Shown here: positions 61,599-64,000 of the stretch, piece after piece
Numbering within the stretch: position 1 is the first letter of the stretch
Layout of the letters: each line of letters starts with the position of its first letter
Source of the DNA: a virus
Lineage: Duplodnaviria; Caudoviricetes
IMG/VR virus record: IMGVR_UViG_3300037067_017690
Span: 32,001 to 96,000 of that record
Reading direction: 5' to 3' (one strand)
DNA: 64,000 nt
Position numbers and translations under genes: made by a program
Notes under the pieces: model-generated
What the model was told of the DNA's origin: nothing
Seen by the model: only the letters and a program-made list of their open reading frames with translations
Database searches by the model: none

Positions 61599-61708
61599 AA
61601 TGAAATTTTAATTGTCATTTTAAATTATTCTGTGAACAATTATTTTAAAGATTTAAACCTCATTTATCCATAAAAAGGGTATTTCTTAATAGAAGAAGGA
61701 GAAATTAA

Positions 61709-61861
61709 ATGACAGTTGGTAAATTATGGCAAGAATTAATGAATTTAAATTCTGAAAAAGCTAGATTTGTAATGATGAATCTATTCGAAGTTACTCAGAA
61801 TGAACTTACTCAATTTTTATCAGAAAATAAAGATGTAAAAATTATCTTAGAGAAAAAATAG
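61709..61861 (+). CDS. Small hypothetical protein (not in ORF track)
   Basis: AGGAG RBS; MTVGKLWQELMNL..., 50 aa. Confidence 0.55.
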   Translation: MTVGKLWQELMNLNSEKARFVMMNLFEVTQNELTQFLSENKDVKIILEKK

Positions 61862-61893
61862 GCCATCCTTTTTCTAAAGATAGCCTAAGTAAA

Positions 61894-62025
61894 TTATTTT
61901 TTCTTTATGTTTGGAACATTTGCTCTATTTTTTAATTGTAAAACAATTGGTTCTGTTCCACCTTCTTTTTTAGAAACATTTTTAATTTTTGCATTTATAG
62001 GTGTTGATTTCTTTTTAAAAGCCAT
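61894..62025 (-). CDS. Small basic protein (not in ORF track)
   Basis: AGGAGG RBS; MAFKKKSTPINAK..., 43 aa. Confidence 0.55.
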   Translation of the reverse strand: MAFKKKSTPINAKIKNVSKKEGGTEPIVLQLKNRANVPNIKKK

Positions 62026-62053
62026 TTTAATCCTCCTTAAAATTTATTTATCA

Positions 62054-62536
62054 TTAAATAATTAAAAATAATTTTAAATCAGAATTCAAATTTAATGACT
62101 TTTTGTGTTTGATATTCAAAATAGATCTTCGATGATTAATCAATGCTCTGTAAACTTCGTGATTAGAATTCATTTCAATAGGAATACATTCTAAAATTAT
62201 CTCATCCTTTACTTTGTAAAAATCACCTAATTCAACTCTGTTTTCAACTATTGAGTAAATCGCAGATTTTGTGAATACAATTGTGTAAATTTTTATAGAA
62301 TCTTCATCTATATAAGCAAAATGCATCTTTTCAAAACCATCTGGTGTTTTTGTTAGTTTAATATCAATGTGATTATCTTTCAATATTTGAAATAGGGATT
62401 CTTTGTTTAAAAAATCATTTGTGGGTTCACTGTAAATATTCAATGATAATAGAAAATAATCACAATGTATTTCATGAATAGAAGATAGAATGAAAGGTAT
62501 AAAATGTAAAGGGTATAATACATCATGGACATTCAA
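62054..62536 (-). CDS. Hypothetical protein
   Basis: 160-aa ORF; start uncertain. Confidence 0.45.
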   Translation of the reverse strand: MNVHDVLYPLHFIPFILSSIHEIHCDYFLLSLNIYSEPTNDFLNKESLFQILKDNHIDIKLTKTPDGFEKMHFAYIDEDSIKIYTIVFTKSAIYSIVENRVELGDFYKVKDEIILECIPIEMNSNHEVYRALINHRRSILNIKHKKSLNLNSDLKLFLII

Positions 62537-62556
62537 TTTCTCATTGAAAGGATAAT

Positions 62557-64000
62557 ATGAATACTATTTGTCTTATTTGTAAAAAAGAAGTAAAGGGAAA
62601 ATGGTTTTGTTCTAAAGAATGTAGAAGTTCAGAATTAGGTCGTAAAATAATTTACGAAAGGAAACAAGCTAAGTGGAGAATTACATTGGGGACAGATAAT
62701 CCTCAAAAATTAAAATCTGTTCGTGAAAAAACTAAACAAAAAAATCTGGATACATGTGGACATACATGCAATTTGCATTCCGAGGATGGCATAAAAAAGA
62801 AACAAGCTACTTGGGAAGCTAAATACGGTGAAGGTATAACTAATCCAATGCAAGCCGAATCGGCGAAGAAAAAAGCACAAAATAAATGTGAGGAAAACAC
62901 AGGCTATAGAAATCCTCAACAATGTCCTTCGATTCGTAAAAAAACAGAAAATAAATGTATAGAAATATATGGATATAAAAGTCCTTTAGGCTCTCCGATT
63001 ATCCAACAAAAAATTACAGAAACGAATAATAAAGTTCATCATGGCCCAAGACCTGCATGTGATCCTACTGTAAAAGAAAAAATGAAAAAAACATGCGAGA
63101 AAAAATATAATGGTTCTAGTCCTAGTGCTTCTCCAGAAGTAAAAAATAAAGCAAAAGTGCATTGGAATGGAGAAAATTCGCCATTTTGTTTACCAGAAAT
63201 TAAAGAAAAAATTGTTAAAAAAAATATAGATAATTTAGGTGTCCCAAATCCATTTATGTCACAAACTATTCAAAATCAAATTAAAGCACATAATCTAAAA
63301 ACATTAGGTCATGAGAATCCATTTGGATCATCAATTATTCAAGAAAAAATTAATCAATTTTGGAAAAATAATCCTGATAAATTCGAAGCAAAAATAACAA
63401 AAATGACTCGCACAAAATTTGATATTTATTATAAACAATATTTAATAGACATGAAGATAGTAAAACCATTATTCGATATAAATGAATATAAAGGAAGTAA
63501 TTTTGCATATAAATGGCTGTGTTTAGGATGTAATTTAGAATTTACAGATTATATAATCCCTAGATGTTTAAATTGTTTTCCAATTACAACTGGAACTTCT
63601 TTTGCTGAGCAAAAACTCCAAAAATGGTTAGAATCATATATTGAAATTAAACGTAATAAAAGATATTTCGAAGGCTTTAGAAAATATAAATATGAACTTG
63701 ATGTTTTGGTTCCATCAAAAAATATTGGAATTGAATATGATGGTTTATATTATCATTCAGAAATCAGAGGATGTAAATATCCATATTACCATTTAAATAA
63801 ATCAGATTATTTTTTTAAAAATAAAAATATTTTTGTAATTCATATTTTTGAATCAGAATGGCTTCATAAACAAGAAATTGTTAAATCATTAATTTCGAGA
63901 GAATTAAATTTGATTGAAAATAAAATTGATTCAGTAGATTGTGTCTTAAAGAAAATCTCATCAGAAGAATCTAATAAATTTTTAGAAAAAAATCATATTC
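62557..64000 (+). CDS. Second repeat-containing homing-endonuclease-like protein, running off the window end (not in ORF track)
   Basis: MNTICLIC...FCSKEC, diverged KYG..NP repeats, YELDVLVPSKNIGIEYDGLYYHSE, IHIFESEW..KQEIVKS; paralog of the 10761 gene. Confidence 0.85.
   Translation, partial: MNTICLICKKEVKGKWFCSKECRSSELGRKIIYERKQAKWRITLGTDNPQKLKSVREKTKQKNLDTCGHTCNLHSEDGIKKKQATWEAKYGEGITNPMQAESAKKKAQNKCEENTGYRNPQQCPSIRKKTENKCIEIYGYKSPLGSPIIQQKITETNNKVHHGPRPACDPTVKEKMKKTCEKKYNGSSPSASPEVKNKAKVHWNGENSPFCLPEIKEKIVKKNIDNLGVPNPFMSQTIQNQIKAHNLKTLGHENPFGSSIIQEKINQFWKNNPDKFEAKITKMTRTKFDIYYKQYLIDMKIVKPLFDINEYKGSNFAYKWLCLGCNLEFTDYIIPRCLNCFPITTGTSFAEQKLQKWLESYIEIKRNKRYFEGFRKYKYELDVLVPSKNIGIEYDGLYYHSEIRGCKYPYYHLNKSDYFFKNKNIFVIHIFESEWLHKQEIVKSLISRELNLIENKIDSVDCVLKKISSEESNKFLEKNHI

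Overview
AT-rich window from a large (jumbo-type) tailed phage genome; host not determinable. 1-15 kb: head module (portal C-terminus, prohead protease, repeat-rich scaffold, decoration protein, major capsid protein), then neck- and baseplate-like genes, a stand-alone TnpB, a repeat-containing endonuclease gene, a ferritin-like protein and an acyl carrier protein. 15-30 kb: putative internal-head proteins sharing an N-terminal leader, an N-terminal DnaE fragment ending in a Hint-like tail, a candidate structured ncRNA, one deleted and one intact IS607 element, peptide deformylase, Thg1 and a papain-like protease. 30-43 kb: early genes, an SF2 helicase cassette, an M15 peptidase, and a sensor-less histidine kinase / REC-HD-GYP / (p)ppGpp-hydrolase-like set. 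43-62 kb: minus-strand virion genes, including a 2552-aa protein, interleaved with promoter-led early islands. The most notable observation is a 250-bp non-coding insertion that splits the endonuclease gene. It shares ends and hairpins with the 3' (omegaRNA) end of the intact IS607 18 kb away, i.e. a candidate guide-RNA-only mini-element served in trans. Also noted: a recurrent K-x-A leader on unrelated proteins, and three promoter motifs with apparent leaderless starts. No CRISPR array, tRNA or rRNA was recognised. All product calls come from motif reading by eye; no database searches were run.
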